Source: Erysipelothrix inopinata
GTDB lineage: Bacteria; Bacillota_I; Bacilli_A; Erysipelotrichales; Erysipelotrichaceae
Direction: 5' to 3'
Length of the DNA stretch: 32,000 bases
NCBI RefSeq assembly: GCF_014396165.1
Contig: NZ_CP060715.1
Span: forward strand, 1,620,001-1,652,000
A model generated the notes under the pieces. The model searched no databases. It saw nothing but the letters and a program-made list of their open reading frames with translations, and had not been told where the DNA came from. Position 1 is the stretch's first letter; each line of letters starts with the position of its first letter. This document shows, one piece after another, positions 1-9,896 of this stretch. The position numbers and the translations under genes were made by a program.

Positions 1-491
1 ATGTTGGACGTTTTAACAAAGCGAAGAATCATCCTTTTATCGTGGAATTAGCAAAACTAAATCCTGAATTAATATTTGTATGTGTTGGTGAAGGCGATGA
101 CAAGCCAGTTATTGAAAAATTATGCTTGGATCAAGAAGTTGATAATATTGTTTTCACGGGTGTGAGAAGTGATGTTTACAGATTCTATTCACTTTTTGAT
201 ATTTTTATTTTGCCGTCATTTTATGAAGGACTTGGAAATGTTGCGATCGAAGCTCAATGTGCTGGTATTCCTACAATTGTATCAGAGCATGTAAGTTCCG
301 ATGTGGATTTAACGAACCTGGTTGACAGATTTCCATTAAATCTTGATATGTGGTCAAGCGCGATTCAAAAACATATTTCTGATTCTAAAGAATTGATGAT
401 CCCTCAAAGCCTTATGAAATATGATATCAAACCTGCCTTAGAAAATCTCGAGTCGTTCTATTGTAAATTAGTGGGAGGAAAAGACAAATAA
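1..491 (+). CDS. Glycosyltransferase family 4 (GT-B, group 1), C-terminal fragment; 5' end outside window
   Basis: Frame +3 is open from base 3 (VGRFNKAKNHPFIVELAK...). 'ILPSFYEGLGNVAIEAQCAGIPTIVSEH' is the E-x7-E-type C-terminal half of GT4 enzymes. Stop TAA 489-491 shares its last base with the next ATG. Confidence 0.8.
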   Translation, partial: VGRFNKAKNHPFIVELAKLNPELIFVCVGEGDDKPVIEKLCLDQEVDNIVFTGVRSDVYRFYSLFDIFILPSFYEGLGNVAIEAQCAGIPTIVSEHVSSDVDLTNLVDRFPLNLDMWSSAIQKHISDSKELMIPQSLMKYDIKPALENLESFYCKLVGGKDK

Positions 492-1567
492 TGTTTATTT
501 ATCTAGGTGTCTTATGTTTGTCAGTATTTCCTATTTGGTATTCTGAAAATAATTTTAAAGACACAAACAAACAAAAAAACTATATATTGTATAGTGTTAT
601 CTTTTCTGCACTGCTGCTTATCTTAGTGGGATCACTTCGAAGCTTAAGTGTTGGATACGATTTGCGAAGTTATCATGAATACTTTGTATCGGATTATTAC
701 TATAACATTGAAAAAGGATATGTAAGTTTATCGAGGATTGTTGCATATCTGAATTTAGATTTCAGAGTTCTACTTATTCTTGTACAATCTATCGTAATTA
801 TTCCAATCTATTATGTGCTATATAAAACAAGCAAAATGAAGTGGCTCTCTGTTCTTGGATATCAATCTCTTTATCTTTACGTGAATAGTTTTAATATCCT
901 AAGACAGTCCCTTGCTATGTCTATATTCTTACTGGCTACGTATTTCCTTGTTACTATGAAGGATAACGTTAAGTCCTCTGTTACGTATGTTGGACTGACA
1001 ATTATTGCATCCTTATTCCACGTTTCTGCCTTACTTCTTATACCTCTCTTTTTCCTTAAATTTTTGAACTTGAACAAGTGGTATATTTTAGGATTAACTG
1101 GGATTTCACTAGTTCTGTTCTTGGGTCATAATCAATTACTAAGTTTTTTAATGAGTCTTTTTAGTCGTGAGTACTACGGAGAGTTTACAATTGAAATTGG
1201 CTACGCAACGATTGCGATATTTGCTGCGTATATTGGATTATTTTTAATACTTAAACAAAAATTACCGGACTTGTATTTGAATAATAAGTTTTTATCTAAT
1301 ATTCTTGTACTTGCACTATTGTTTAATGTTTTATGGGTATGGTTCCCAAATCATGCCAGAATTTCAATGTACTTTTATATGGTTGTTGCAATCTACTTTC
1401 CAACGCTTCTTTACGAGTATTACGAAGTAACGAATAAGAGATGGCAGATCGTAACTTATACTGTTTGTTTAGTAGGGTTCTATGCACTGCAATTAATGAC
1501 TCGTGATTATGGCGGCGTTGTACCATATACGATTCTAATAAATATTTTAATGGGGGTATTCCTATGA
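491..1567 (+). CDS. EpsG-family polytopic membrane protein (putative Wzy-like glycopolymer polymerase)
   Basis: 358 aa, hydrophobic throughout with about 10 TM segments. 'LRQSLAMSIFLLA' resembles the EpsG family motif. TAATG overlap upstream and ATGA overlap (1564-1567) downstream. Confidence 0.65.
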   Translation: MFIYLGVLCLSVFPIWYSENNFKDTNKQKNYILYSVIFSALLLILVGSLRSLSVGYDLRSYHEYFVSDYYYNIEKGYVSLSRIVAYLNLDFRVLLILVQSIVIIPIYYVLYKTSKMKWLSVLGYQSLYLYVNSFNILRQSLAMSIFLLATYFLVTMKDNVKSSVTYVGLTIIASLFHVSALLLIPLFFLKFLNLNKWYILGLTGISLVLFLGHNQLLSFLMSLFSREYYGEFTIEIGYATIAIFAAYIGLFLILKQKLPDLYLNNKFLSNILVLALLFNVLWVWFPNHARISMYFYMVVAIYFPTLLYEYYEVTNKRWQIVTYTVCLVGFYALQLMTRDYGGVVPYTILINILMGVFL

Positions 1568-2760
1568 AGGTTTTATATATAAGTTCGACATATTCTGGAA
1601 TGCACCAAAGTAGTATTTACTTTGATTTAATGCAGGAGTTTCATAAGCATGGTCATGATGTTTATATAGCGTATGCTCGAGAGAAGCGCCTGAATAAAAA
1701 AACAGAATTATATCAAGATAACAATATTACTTATCTTGGTGTCAAAACCATGAATATGACAAAGAACACCAATAAAATTGAAAAAGGGTTGGCTACTATT
1801 TCAATTGATTCCTTGTTTTTGAGGGCTTTTAAAAAGCATTTTTCAAATAAGGATTTTGATCTTGTATTATACTCTACACCGCCAATTACTTTTTCAGATT
1901 CACTAGATTATTTAAAACATCGTAATCCTAGTGCAAAGTTCTTCTTAATGCTAAAGGATATATTTCCTCAGAATGCAGTTGATTTAGAATTAATGAGTCA
2001 GAAAGGTCTAGCTCATAAATTCTTTAAGCATAAAGAAATGAAATTATATCAAAGTGCTGATTTCATTGGAGTGATGTCACCAGCTAACAAGGAATACTTT
2101 ATTAAGCACTATCCAAAGTATTCTGACAAGCTCTGTATTTTACCAAATACAATCAGCATTAAAGATAAGAAGAGCATTGTTGCGAAGCGGAGTGACTTTG
2201 GACTCGGGGATGATAAGTTCTTATTATTCTTTGGAGGAAACCTTGGGGAACCACAGTCGATTCCATTTATTATCGAATGTGCTAAAAAAATTGACAACCC
2301 AAATATTCAAATTATCATTGCTGGATCGGGTTCTAAGCAAAATATTATTTCTGAATATTCTGAAGAGTTTCCAGATAAGTTAAAGTATTTTGGCCAATTA
2401 CCTTCGGAAGAGTATCAAAAACTTGCTTCACTTACTGATGTAGGTCTTATTTTCTTGGATTATCGATTCACGATACCTAATTTTCCTCAACGTGTGCTGA
2501 GCTACATGGAAAGTGGTGTTCCAGTTATTTGTGCTACGGATGTTGTTTCAGATGTTGGTAGTGTTGCTGAAGAAGGAAATTATGGTTTTAAGGTATCAAG
2601 TCAGAATCCTGATGAGTGGTATCAAGCTGTAGAAAATCTTTATAATAGTCCTGATCTCGTTAAAGCAATGGGTGAAAATGGTCGCAAGTATTTGGTTGAA
2701 AATTATGATGTAAAATGTAGCTATCAAATTATTATGGATATGCTACAAAACAATCAGTAG
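1564..2760 (+). CDS. Glycosyltransferase family 4
   Basis: 398 aa. N-terminal 'MKVLYISSTY' and C-terminal 'FFGGNLGEPQ...FPQRVLSYMESGVPVICA' fit the GT-B/GT4 (WbuB-like) pattern. Translationally coupled to the upstream EpsG gene. Confidence 0.8.
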   Translation: MKVLYISSTYSGMHQSSIYFDLMQEFHKHGHDVYIAYAREKRLNKKTELYQDNNITYLGVKTMNMTKNTNKIEKGLATISIDSLFLRAFKKHFSNKDFDLVLYSTPPITFSDSLDYLKHRNPSAKFFLMLKDIFPQNAVDLELMSQKGLAHKFFKHKEMKLYQSADFIGVMSPANKEYFIKHYPKYSDKLCILPNTISIKDKKSIVAKRSDFGLGDDKFLLFFGGNLGEPQSIPFIIECAKKIDNPNIQIIIAGSGSKQNIISEYSEEFPDKLKYFGQLPSEEYQKLASLTDVGLIFLDYRFTIPNFPQRVLSYMESGVPVICATDVVSDVGSVAEEGNYGFKVSSQNPDEWYQAVENLYNSPDLVKAMGENGRKYLVENYDVKCSYQIIMDMLQNNQ

Positions 2761-2774
2761 GAAAGGGGTCCCTT

Positions 2775-4556
2775 ATGTATATAATTCCGTTTGGTTTATT
2801 GCTGATTATGTCAGCCTTTAATAAAAAAATTAGTAAGAAAACTTTCTTAATTTCTTCTGCTGTTATTTTAGCCATCGTATCTTTTTTAAGATTTGGTGTC
2901 GGAGCAGATTACTTTTCTTATGAGTACTTATACAACGAATTAGATGTGAAATCGATAGGTTCGATGTTAGATAGTCTTGTATTTATTGAATTTGGGTTTA
3001 GAGCCTTGATGTATATTAGTAAGATAGTCGGTCTAAGCTATCATACGTTCGCAAGCATAATTTCAATTGCTATTGTGATTTTGACTCTCGCTTGGATTAA
3101 TGATAATTCTGAGAACTATCAACTATCGACCTTACTTTTCTATACCTTATTTTATTTCGTTTGGGCAATTTCAGCATTGCGCCAAGGTTTGGCACTGATT
3201 TTAGCCATGTATTTATTGTTTAATAATAAATACTTCTTTAAAATGTATCAAAAAGTTCTAATTCTTCTAGCTTGTGCTTCTTTACATGTTAGTGTATTGA
3301 TTTTATTACCAATAATCCTACTTAGAGACTACACACCTTCTAAAAAGACGTTGATGATTCTCTTTGGAATCTCATTAGTGATTACGTTTATCCCATTTGG
3401 ATCTATATTAGGAGCATTATCCTCAATTCCTTATATTGGTAAGTTAACACATTATCTCGAAGGATCAGGTCGAGGGTTCTTAGATTTTCCAGGTATTGTT
3501 AGAATTCTGTTCTTTATCGGAATTTGGTTGCATTATGATAAATTAATCGAATCAAAAAACAAGTCTATCCGTGACTTAACACTTTTGAGTCTATATAGTT
3601 TTATTATTTATTTTGTTTTCAAGTTCTCAGAACTTATGGCGGCACGCTTCTCTGTATTTGGATACTTCAGTGTTATAATTATTTTCCCATCTATCGTTAT
3701 GCTATATGAAAAACGTCAGCTACGCATGATGGGTATGGCAGGTTTAATGACATTTTCATCCTTATCATTATATAAAGAAATGAAAACAGTCATTGATCAG
3801 TCAGGATTTAGAGGCGGACTTGTAGAACTTAATAAGAATACAATTCTAAATGCAGATCGTGGTAAATTCTTTAATCAATATAATTTGATTGCTCAACGTA
3901 TTGAACTGTGCAAAGCAAATGAAAAAGAATTCTTTGGTAAGTTCGAAAGTGATGCTATCCCATATGCAGATAAAAATAATCTTGGCGATCACTTCCAATC
4001 CGTGTTCTTCCCTGATACAAATATGTACGGAATTATTAATGATAAAGGGGAGATTGTAGAACGAGGTATTTATCGTTATCGTCCAGAAATATATGGAGAC
4101 ATTGTTGTTGAAGAAACTGAAGGAACATCGTTTAAACGATTCGTTCTAAAAAATATTCGAACAGGAGAGTATGTTCCTGAGGATCAACTTTCAGCAACAA
4201 TTGATAATTTTACAGAAGAAACAAAAATGAGAACCAAATGGATTGATTTTGATCATTATACTTATGAGCAAATGAAAGGATCACTGTTTGCTGAGTTAAT
4301 TCCAGAGGAAGATATCTTAACATCTTCAATTGGTAAGTATGGAAGCCCATTCTTCTATGAAATCGTCGAAGTAACAGCTTATACACAAACTATGTATATT
4401 TATTTAGATGATTATTATAATCCTTTAAATAATAGTATTTACTATAGCATTACACCATACGGATCTAATTTTATTGCAATAGGTAAAACTTCTTGTTCAT
4501 CTGAATACATTAATAGAAACGGGGACATAATATGGATAGAAAAAGAACAGAAATGA
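2775..4556 (+). CDS. EpsG-family membrane protein with a ~250-aa soluble C-terminal extension (WG/KWG-repeat-like)
   Basis: 593 aa. Residues ~1-340 are multi-TM with '[14 protein letters not shown]'. Residues ~345-593 are hydrophilic, with '[16 protein letters not shown]' and '[13 protein letters not shown]' segments. RBS GAAAGGGG lies upstream. Confidence 0.6.
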   Translation: MYIIPFGLLLIMSAFNKKISKKTFLISSAVILAIVSFLRFGVGADYFSYEYLYNELDVKSIGSMLDSLVFIEFGFRALMYISKIVGLSYHTFASIISIAIVILTLAWINDNSENYQLSTLLFYTLFYFVWAISALRQGLALILAMYLLFNNKYFFKMYQKVLILLACASLHVSVLILLPIILLRDYTPSKKTLMILFGISLVITFIPFGSILGALSSIPYIGKLTHYLEGSGRGFLDFPGIVRILFFIGIWLHYDKLIESKNKSIRDLTLLSLYSFIIYFVFKFSELMAARFSVFGYFSVIIIFPSIVMLYEKRQLRMMGMAGLMTFSSLSLYKEMKTVIDQSGFRGGLVELNKNTILNADRGKFFNQYNLIAQRIELCKANEKEFFGKFESDAIPYADKNNLGDHFQSVFFPDTNMYGIINDKGEIVERGIYRYRPEIYGDIVVEETEGTSFKRFVLKNIRTGEYVPEDQLSATIDNFTEETKMRTKWIDFDHYTYEQMKGSLFAELIPEEDILTSSIGKYGSPFFYEIVEVTAYTQTMYIYLDDYYNPLNNSIYYSITPYGSNFIAIGKTSCSSEYINRNGDIIWIEKEQK

Positions 4557-5383
4557 GTGACATTCAATCAGAGGGATTAAAAGTTTTGATTGAATTCGAT
4601 CGAATTTGTAGAAAAAATAATATTAAATATTCGCTCTCGGATGGAACGCTTCTTGGTGCTGTTCGCCATGACGGATTTATTCCGTGGGATGACGATATTG
4701 ACGTGAGTATGACTCGAGAAAGTTTTAATGTATTTGAATCGGTGATTGCAGATGAATTGAGTGATGAATTCTTCTATCAAACGAACGAAACTGACCCTGA
4801 CTATTATGCTCCTCATCCTAAAATTCGTTCAAATAATGCATACTTGAAGGAAAAATGTAATCAAAATATTAACATTCATGAAGGGGTCTGGATTGATATA
4901 TTTGTATTTGATCGTATTCCAACAAATTTAGAAGAGGCTGATGCAATTCAGAATGAAATAAGTAACTTATCGAAGAAAATAGTAAGAATGGTGAATATTT
5001 ATCCGGATGGCATTGGCTCAAAATTGAACCAATTTGTTAAATCAGTACTATTCTATTTCAACAAAATTTTCTATAAGATTAATCCATTACCAAAGAAGTA
5101 TTTTAAACAAAGAGAAGCATTGATCTTAAAAAACAAAGATATCGAGGAATTTGATTCATATGCATTATTAGCTTATAACAGCTCATTTGATGAATATCGA
5201 AGATTAATTCGTGCAAAAGATTCTTTTGAGAACACAATCGAACATAGTTTCGAAGGCTACGATTTCTTAATTTCTGAAAAATACGATGACATCCTCACTA
5301 ACGAATACGGTGATTATATGACTCTTCCAAAGGAAGAAGATCGCGTGTCGAATCATCAGGTTGTCAGCTTTACTAAAGAATAG
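4532..5383 (+). CDS. licD: LicD-family phosphotransferase (phosphocholine/phospho-alcohol transferase)
   Basis: '[28 protein letters not shown]' is the LicD signature. Clear paralog of 8610-9455. An in-frame alternative start at 4553 forms an ATGA overlap with the upstream stop and gives the same N-terminal length as the paralog. Confidence 0.85.
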   Translation: MDRKRTEMSDIQSEGLKVLIEFDRICRKNNIKYSLSDGTLLGAVRHDGFIPWDDDIDVSMTRESFNVFESVIADELSDEFFYQTNETDPDYYAPHPKIRSNNAYLKEKCNQNINIHEGVWIDIFVFDRIPTNLEEADAIQNEISNLSKKIVRMVNIYPDGIGSKLNQFVKSVLFYFNKIFYKINPLPKKYFKQREALILKNKDIEEFDSYALLAYNSSFDEYRRLIRAKDSFENTIEHSFEGYDFLISEKYDDILTNEYGDYMTLPKEEDRVSNHQVVSFTKE

Positions 5384-5396
5384 GGACTCTATAATT

Positions 5397-5425
5397 GAAA
5401 TGTCATTCTGACATTTCTTTTTTTT
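5397..5425 (+). terminator. Rho-independent terminator
   Basis: Stem gaaatgtca / tgacatttc (9 bp), loop ttc, then T8 run (5418-5425). Confidence 0.8.
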
Positions 5426-5510
5426 CGAGACACTGAGAGTCTGTTTTGTCCCTCGACGGTGTACTATGTGGTTTATTTAATGTATAATCATTTGTGATTG
5501 GGGATTTAGC

Positions 5511-7379
5511 ATGAAATTAAAAAAAATATTTATTGTCTTAATTTTAACACTATTATTAACATATGGGTTTCAGGAACTGACCACTGCGAGCTTATTTGAT
5601 TTTGATTTTAAAGTAGCAGCTGATGCTTATATTGAAAACAAACATAATTTTGATTTTAGTTTCAAAATTGTTTTTACTTTGTTCTTAATGATTTTTGTCA
5701 TTTCAAATAATTATCTTACTGGGTTTACAGTTATTACAGTATTGACTTTGGCATTATCTGTTATCAACAATATGAAGATTAATATACTTTTAGAACCTGT
5801 CTTGCCACAGGATTTAGGTGTCTTTGTTAACCTTAATAAGCTCATGGAAATGATGACTCCAGAGCAAGTTTTTGCGACCATTGGGATTGCGGTAGCCTTT
5901 ATTTTAGTTACGGTAGGCGTCATTTTCATTAACAAGAAAGTTTATAACTTTAGAATCTTTGATAAATCCAAACTAATTGCTACAATCAGGGTTTTTTCTT
6001 TGGGAGGCACACTTATCTTTTTATTGTTGTTGTCGCACTATAATTATGAATCTTCTATGATTAAATCATATGCACAAAGAAATGAGCTTTATCTTCAGTA
6101 TAATAGTTGGGATCAGCTTTCTAACTACCGGTTATATGGTATGGTCAACGGTCTTGTACTAAACACAACCGGGGAAAACATTAGCAAACCTGATGATTAT
6201 AATGAAGCTATGATCGATGAAATCTTTGAAAAATATGTATTGAATGCATCAAAAGTTAATGAAACACGTTGGCGCGACGATTTTTCTAATATTAATGTCA
6301 TTACTGTTTTAAGTGAGTCTCTAACGGCAATTTCAGATTTAGAGGCTATTGAAATAAACAATGATAACTTAACCTATTACAGAGATGAAACAGATAAGGT
6401 TCTAATCGGTAATATCTTATCACCAGCATACGGTGGTGGTACTCCAAATACAGAATATGAATTAATTACTTCGATGAGTACGGGTTCTTTAAGTCCGCAA
6501 GTATCTACAGCTTTTCAATCTTTCACAGCGGATCGCACTGAATTACCATCTATTTTTAAACAGATACAATCAGAGGGACGAGAAACAACAAGTTTACATA
6601 GCTACAATTCTAGATTTTATAAGCGTTATGCTACATACCAAAACTTTGGTGTGGATCAAATCCTATTTGATAAGAATATGAGTCATACGGAACCTTACTA
6701 TGAAGATGGATATATTTCTGATGAAGCAACTTTTGCAGAATTTTTTGATATATACCGTGATTCTAATGGTCCGCGTAATTATCATATTGTAACGATGCAA
6801 AATCATGCGCCGTACACTCATGTTTACGACGATACTGAGTTTGTAATTGAAAGTGATAAATTGAGTAGCAAGGAAATAACGCAAACCGTTGCCTATGCAG
6901 AAGGCGTTAAGGAATCTGATCGAGTTTTAAAAGAAGTCATAACCGAATTAAATGAAATTGGCGATCCCTACATATTCTTCGTATATGGAGATCATTTACC
7001 AGGACTCTTTACACCACTTATTTCAGAAAACACCGCTAAGGCAAAACATTCTACACCTTTCTTCTTTGCATCAAACCTTACAGATGCTAAAATTTCCATA
7101 CCTGTTCAAGAAGATATCTCGCTAGCAAACACAACAAACATTATTTTTGATATTGCAGGAGTCGAAATTTCTCCTTATCAAGCACTTGTTTTAGATGTAT
7201 ATTCGGAGTTTCTTTCAATACATCCTTCAGGATATTATCTTTATGGTGCAGATGGACCTGTTTCTAGAGAAGCATTGACAGATGAACAAATTCAGTTAGT
7301 TGATGCTTATAATGCTGTTCAATATGATTTGATTGATGGACATGGCTATGCGCGAAAATATTTAAATAGCGCTCATTAA
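5511..7379 (+). CDS. LtaS-family (LTA synthase-like) sulfatase-domain membrane phosphotransferase
   Basis: 622 aa. N-terminal TM helices are followed by an alkaline-phosphatase-type domain with 'NVITVLSESL', 'MQNHAPY' and 'VYGDHLPG' motifs, as in LtaS-type enzymes. Confidence 0.8.
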   Translation: MKLKKIFIVLILTLLLTYGFQELTTASLFDFDFKVAADAYIENKHNFDFSFKIVFTLFLMIFVISNNYLTGFTVITVLTLALSVINNMKINILLEPVLPQDLGVFVNLNKLMEMMTPEQVFATIGIAVAFILVTVGVIFINKKVYNFRIFDKSKLIATIRVFSLGGTLIFLLLLSHYNYESSMIKSYAQRNELYLQYNSWDQLSNYRLYGMVNGLVLNTTGENISKPDDYNEAMIDEIFEKYVLNASKVNETRWRDDFSNINVITVLSESLTAISDLEAIEINNDNLTYYRDETDKVLIGNILSPAYGGGTPNTEYELITSMSTGSLSPQVSTAFQSFTADRTELPSIFKQIQSEGRETTSLHSYNSRFYKRYATYQNFGVDQILFDKNMSHTEPYYEDGYISDEATFAEFFDIYRDSNGPRNYHIVTMQNHAPYTHVYDDTEFVIESDKLSSKEITQTVAYAEGVKESDRVLKEVITELNEIGDPYIFFVYGDHLPGLFTPLISENTAKAKHSTPFFFASNLTDAKISIPVQEDISLANTTNIIFDIAGVEISPYQALVLDVYSEFLSIHPSGYYLYGADGPVSREALTDEQIQLVDAYNAVQYDLIDGHGYARKYLNSAH

Positions 7380-7423
7380 CATAAATATGATACGATTAGA
7401 TCATAGAGTAAGGAAGGTTATTT

Positions 7424-8638
7424 ATGAAAGTCATTATTATTAATTCTGTGGTTGATTATGGTAGCACAGGGAAAATTGTCAGAGATTTGTATGATGAATT
7501 AAAAAATGAAGGCAATGAAGTTAAAATGGTATATGGTAGACATGAACCCAAAGATTTAGTAGATACTTTTGATATATCCGATCGTTTTTCGTCTATGATA
7601 CATTTAGGAATGTCTCGCTTTTTTGGAGGGCATGGATTACATTCAAATAAAGCTACTAAAAATCTAATAGCTTATATTGAGTCATTTAATCCCGATTTAA
7701 TTCATTTGCATAATCTTCATGGATATTACCTTAATGTGCCGATGCTTTTTGATTTTCTTAATAAAAGACCTGATATTAAAATAGTATGGACTCTTCATGA
7801 CTGCTGGGCTTTCAGTGGTAGTTCGGCCTATTTTTCCTTTGATGGTTGCCAGAAGTGGGATGATGGATGTGTTATCTGTAACAATACTAGTACATACCCT
7901 AAGACGATTGCTAAGGGCAAACAGGAACGAAATTTTAAATGGAAAAAAGATAAATTTACTCAAATTAACGATATGGTTATTGTTACTCCTTCGGATTGGC
8001 TCAAAGATTTAACTGAAAAAACATTTCTGAAAAAATATCCGATAAAACGTATTTATAATGGATTTGATACTAATGTTTTTAACCCTGCAGAGAAAGTCAA
8101 CACCGATAAGAAGATTATTTTAGGTGTTTCTAATATTTGGGAAAAAAGAAAAGGATTGGATGATTTTATTAAATTAAATGAACTTATCTCAGACGAATAT
8201 CAAATCATGCTAATTGGACTTTCTGAGAAACAAATTAAAGAATTGCCTTCAAATATAATTGGTATCGAACGTACAGATAATATTGAAGAGCTCGTATCCT
8301 TGTACTCAAGTGCGTATGTGTATTTAAATCTAAGTGTAGAGGAAACCTTAGGGATGACAACTATCGAATCAATTGCTTGTGGTACTCCTGTCATCGTCTA
8401 TAATCAAACAGCAGTTCCCGAAGTCGTAAATGACTGCGTAGGGTTTGTTGTAGAAGCAGGGGACGTTAAACAATTATGGTCGCTTATTGAAAATACTGAT
8501 TTTGATGGCTACAATTCAGATGAATTAAGAGAGTATGGTTTGAAATTTGATAAGAAAAATATGGTAAACAACTATATTAATACATATAAACAACTATTAG
8601 GAGAAAACGATGAATCCAATTCAACAAGAAGAATTTAA
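7424..8638 (+). CDS. Glycosyltransferase family 4
   Basis: 404 aa. Contains 'HLHNLHGYYLN', a Cys cluster 'HDCWAFSG..DGCQKWDDGCVICNN', and C-terminal 'EETLGMTTIESIACGTPVIV' (E-x7-E). RBS AAGGAAGG lies upstream. Confidence 0.75.
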   Translation: MKVIIINSVVDYGSTGKIVRDLYDELKNEGNEVKMVYGRHEPKDLVDTFDISDRFSSMIHLGMSRFFGGHGLHSNKATKNLIAYIESFNPDLIHLHNLHGYYLNVPMLFDFLNKRPDIKIVWTLHDCWAFSGSSAYFSFDGCQKWDDGCVICNNTSTYPKTIAKGKQERNFKWKKDKFTQINDMVIVTPSDWLKDLTEKTFLKKYPIKRIYNGFDTNVFNPAEKVNTDKKIILGVSNIWEKRKGLDDFIKLNELISDEYQIMLIGLSEKQIKELPSNIIGIERTDNIEELVSLYSSAYVYLNLSVEETLGMTTIESIACGTPVIVYNQTAVPEVVNDCVGFVVEAGDVKQLWSLIENTDFDGYNSDELREYGLKFDKKNMVNNYINTYKQLLGENDESNSTRRI

Positions 8639-9455
8639 TATACTTTGCGAGTTTGATCGTATTTGTAAAAAACACAACTTAAAATATTCACTGGGCTATG
8701 GGACGATGCTCGGTGCGGTTAGACATCATGGGTTCATTCCATGGGATGATGATGTTGATGTAATTATGAGTCGAGACGAGTACAATCGTTTTTTGAGTAT
8801 TGTAGATGAAGAATTGAATGATAATTACTCATTTGTTGATAACAAGCGTGAAAAAAACTATTGGTATGGGTTTGGGAAGATTCGTAGTAACAATATTTTA
8901 CTTCCAGAAAAATCAACTGAGTATCTTGGGATTAAACAAGGTGTTTGGATAGATATTTTTCCCTTTGATTCTCTCCCTGATGACACTCATTTAGCTCAAT
9001 TGCAAAGAGATAATTTAAAAAAATACCATAATCATTTTGTAGCATTTGTTTTTACACACCCGCAATCCGGTGATAAATTTCCCAAAAAAATTGTGAAATC
9101 ACTTTTCTGTGGTTTTAATAGAGTTTTTGCAAAAGTAAATCCCACTTTGAAGTCTAATTTTGACAAAATGATTGAGGAAGCAACAAAATACAATAACTCT
9201 AATTCTAAATACTTAAATGGACTGTCATTGAACTTTACGGATAGAGAGTATACAGGTTCAATTATCAGCAAAGATGAAATTGATAATACAATTGAAGTAA
9301 AGTTTGAATCTTCTGAGTTTCCAATTATGTCGTGTTATGACAAGTTTTTGACTGGTATATATGGCGACTATATGTCATATCCTCCTTTAGAAGATCAAAG
9401 GTCTGTTCATGATGTTAGCGAAATGATTGTAGTTAATAATAAGAATATGAAATAA
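8610..9455 (+). CDS. licD: LicD-family phosphotransferase, second copy
   Basis: '[28 protein letters not shown]' plus C-terminal 'GIYGDYMSYPPLEDQRSVH', which parallels '[18 protein letters not shown]' in copy 1. RBS GGAG 7 nt upstream. Overlaps the upstream gene by 29 nt. Confidence 0.85.
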   Translation: MNPIQQEEFNILCEFDRICKKHNLKYSLGYGTMLGAVRHHGFIPWDDDVDVIMSRDEYNRFLSIVDEELNDNYSFVDNKREKNYWYGFGKIRSNNILLPEKSTEYLGIKQGVWIDIFPFDSLPDDTHLAQLQRDNLKKYHNHFVAFVFTHPQSGDKFPKKIVKSLFCGFNRVFAKVNPTLKSNFDKMIEEATKYNNSNSKYLNGLSLNFTDREYTGSIISKDEIDNTIEVKFESSEFPIMSCYDKFLTGIYGDYMSYPPLEDQRSVHDVSEMIVVNNKNMK

Positions 9456-9491
9456 AAAACTGGTCCTAACACAAGCGAAAGGAGGTTTATC

Positions 9492-9623
9492 ATGGAACCA
9501 ACGTTATTTGTTCTTTTATTTACCATTCTAGTAGGGTCTGTAATTGATAATTATCGTATCAGAAAAGAACTTCAAGATATAAAGAAAGTACTGTCCGAAA
9601 TTAGTCGAAATATGAATGAATAA
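9492..9623 (+). CDS. Small (43 aa) single-TM protein, below the ORF-track cutoff
   Basis: ATG 9492 is preceded by GAAAGGAGG. Translation: MEPTLFVLLFTILVGSVIDNYRIRKELQDIKKVLSEISRNMNE, a hydrophobic N-terminus with a charged tail. A terminator follows directly. Confidence 0.45.
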   Translation: MEPTLFVLLFTILVGSVIDNYRIRKELQDIKKVLSEISRNMNE

Positions 9624-9625
9624 AC

Positions 9626-9650
9626 AAAACATCTCTAACGAGGTGTTTTT
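9626..9650 (+). terminator. Rho-independent terminator closing the glycopolymer operon
   Basis: Stem aaaacatctc / gaggtgtttt (one G-U pair), loop taac, T-run. Confidence 0.7.
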
Positions 9651-9665
9651 AATTGTTAGCTAATC

Positions 9666-9695
9666 TTGAATTATACTACATGATGTAGTATAATT
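9666..9695 (+). promoter_or_regulatory. Sigma-A-type promoter (TTGAAT-17-TATAAT) overlapped by a 27-bp perfect palindrome; BlaI/MecI/CopY-type operator
   Basis: AATTATACTACAT-G-ATGTAGTATAATT (9669-9695) has 13-bp arms and the core ACTACA-N3-TGTAGT, the same core as the two boxes at 13763-13807. -35 at 9666-9671, -10 at 9689-9694. Confidence 0.6.
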
Positions 9696-9820
9696 TTCTT
9701 GGTTTTTACTAAAACTATTTCAAAGTATGTTGCTTGAACTTTAATTACGTTAGACTTTCAATGTTTGTGAATATATATGAGAATTACTCAAATCTAAATA
9801 TGGCGAGTTTATGAAAGTAA

Positions 9821-9849
9821 TTGTTACAGAGTCTTAAGTGAGTTATAAT
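9821..9849 (+). promoter_or_regulatory. Candidate second promoter (TTGTTA-17-TATAAT) proximal to the YidC-like gene
   Basis: Hexamers at 9821-9826 and 9844-9849 with a 17-nt spacer. No operator overlaps it. Confidence 0.35.
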
Positions 9850-9896
9850 TGAAATGTTGTGAACGCACAAAATAGAAATAACTAAGAGGTGGAAAA

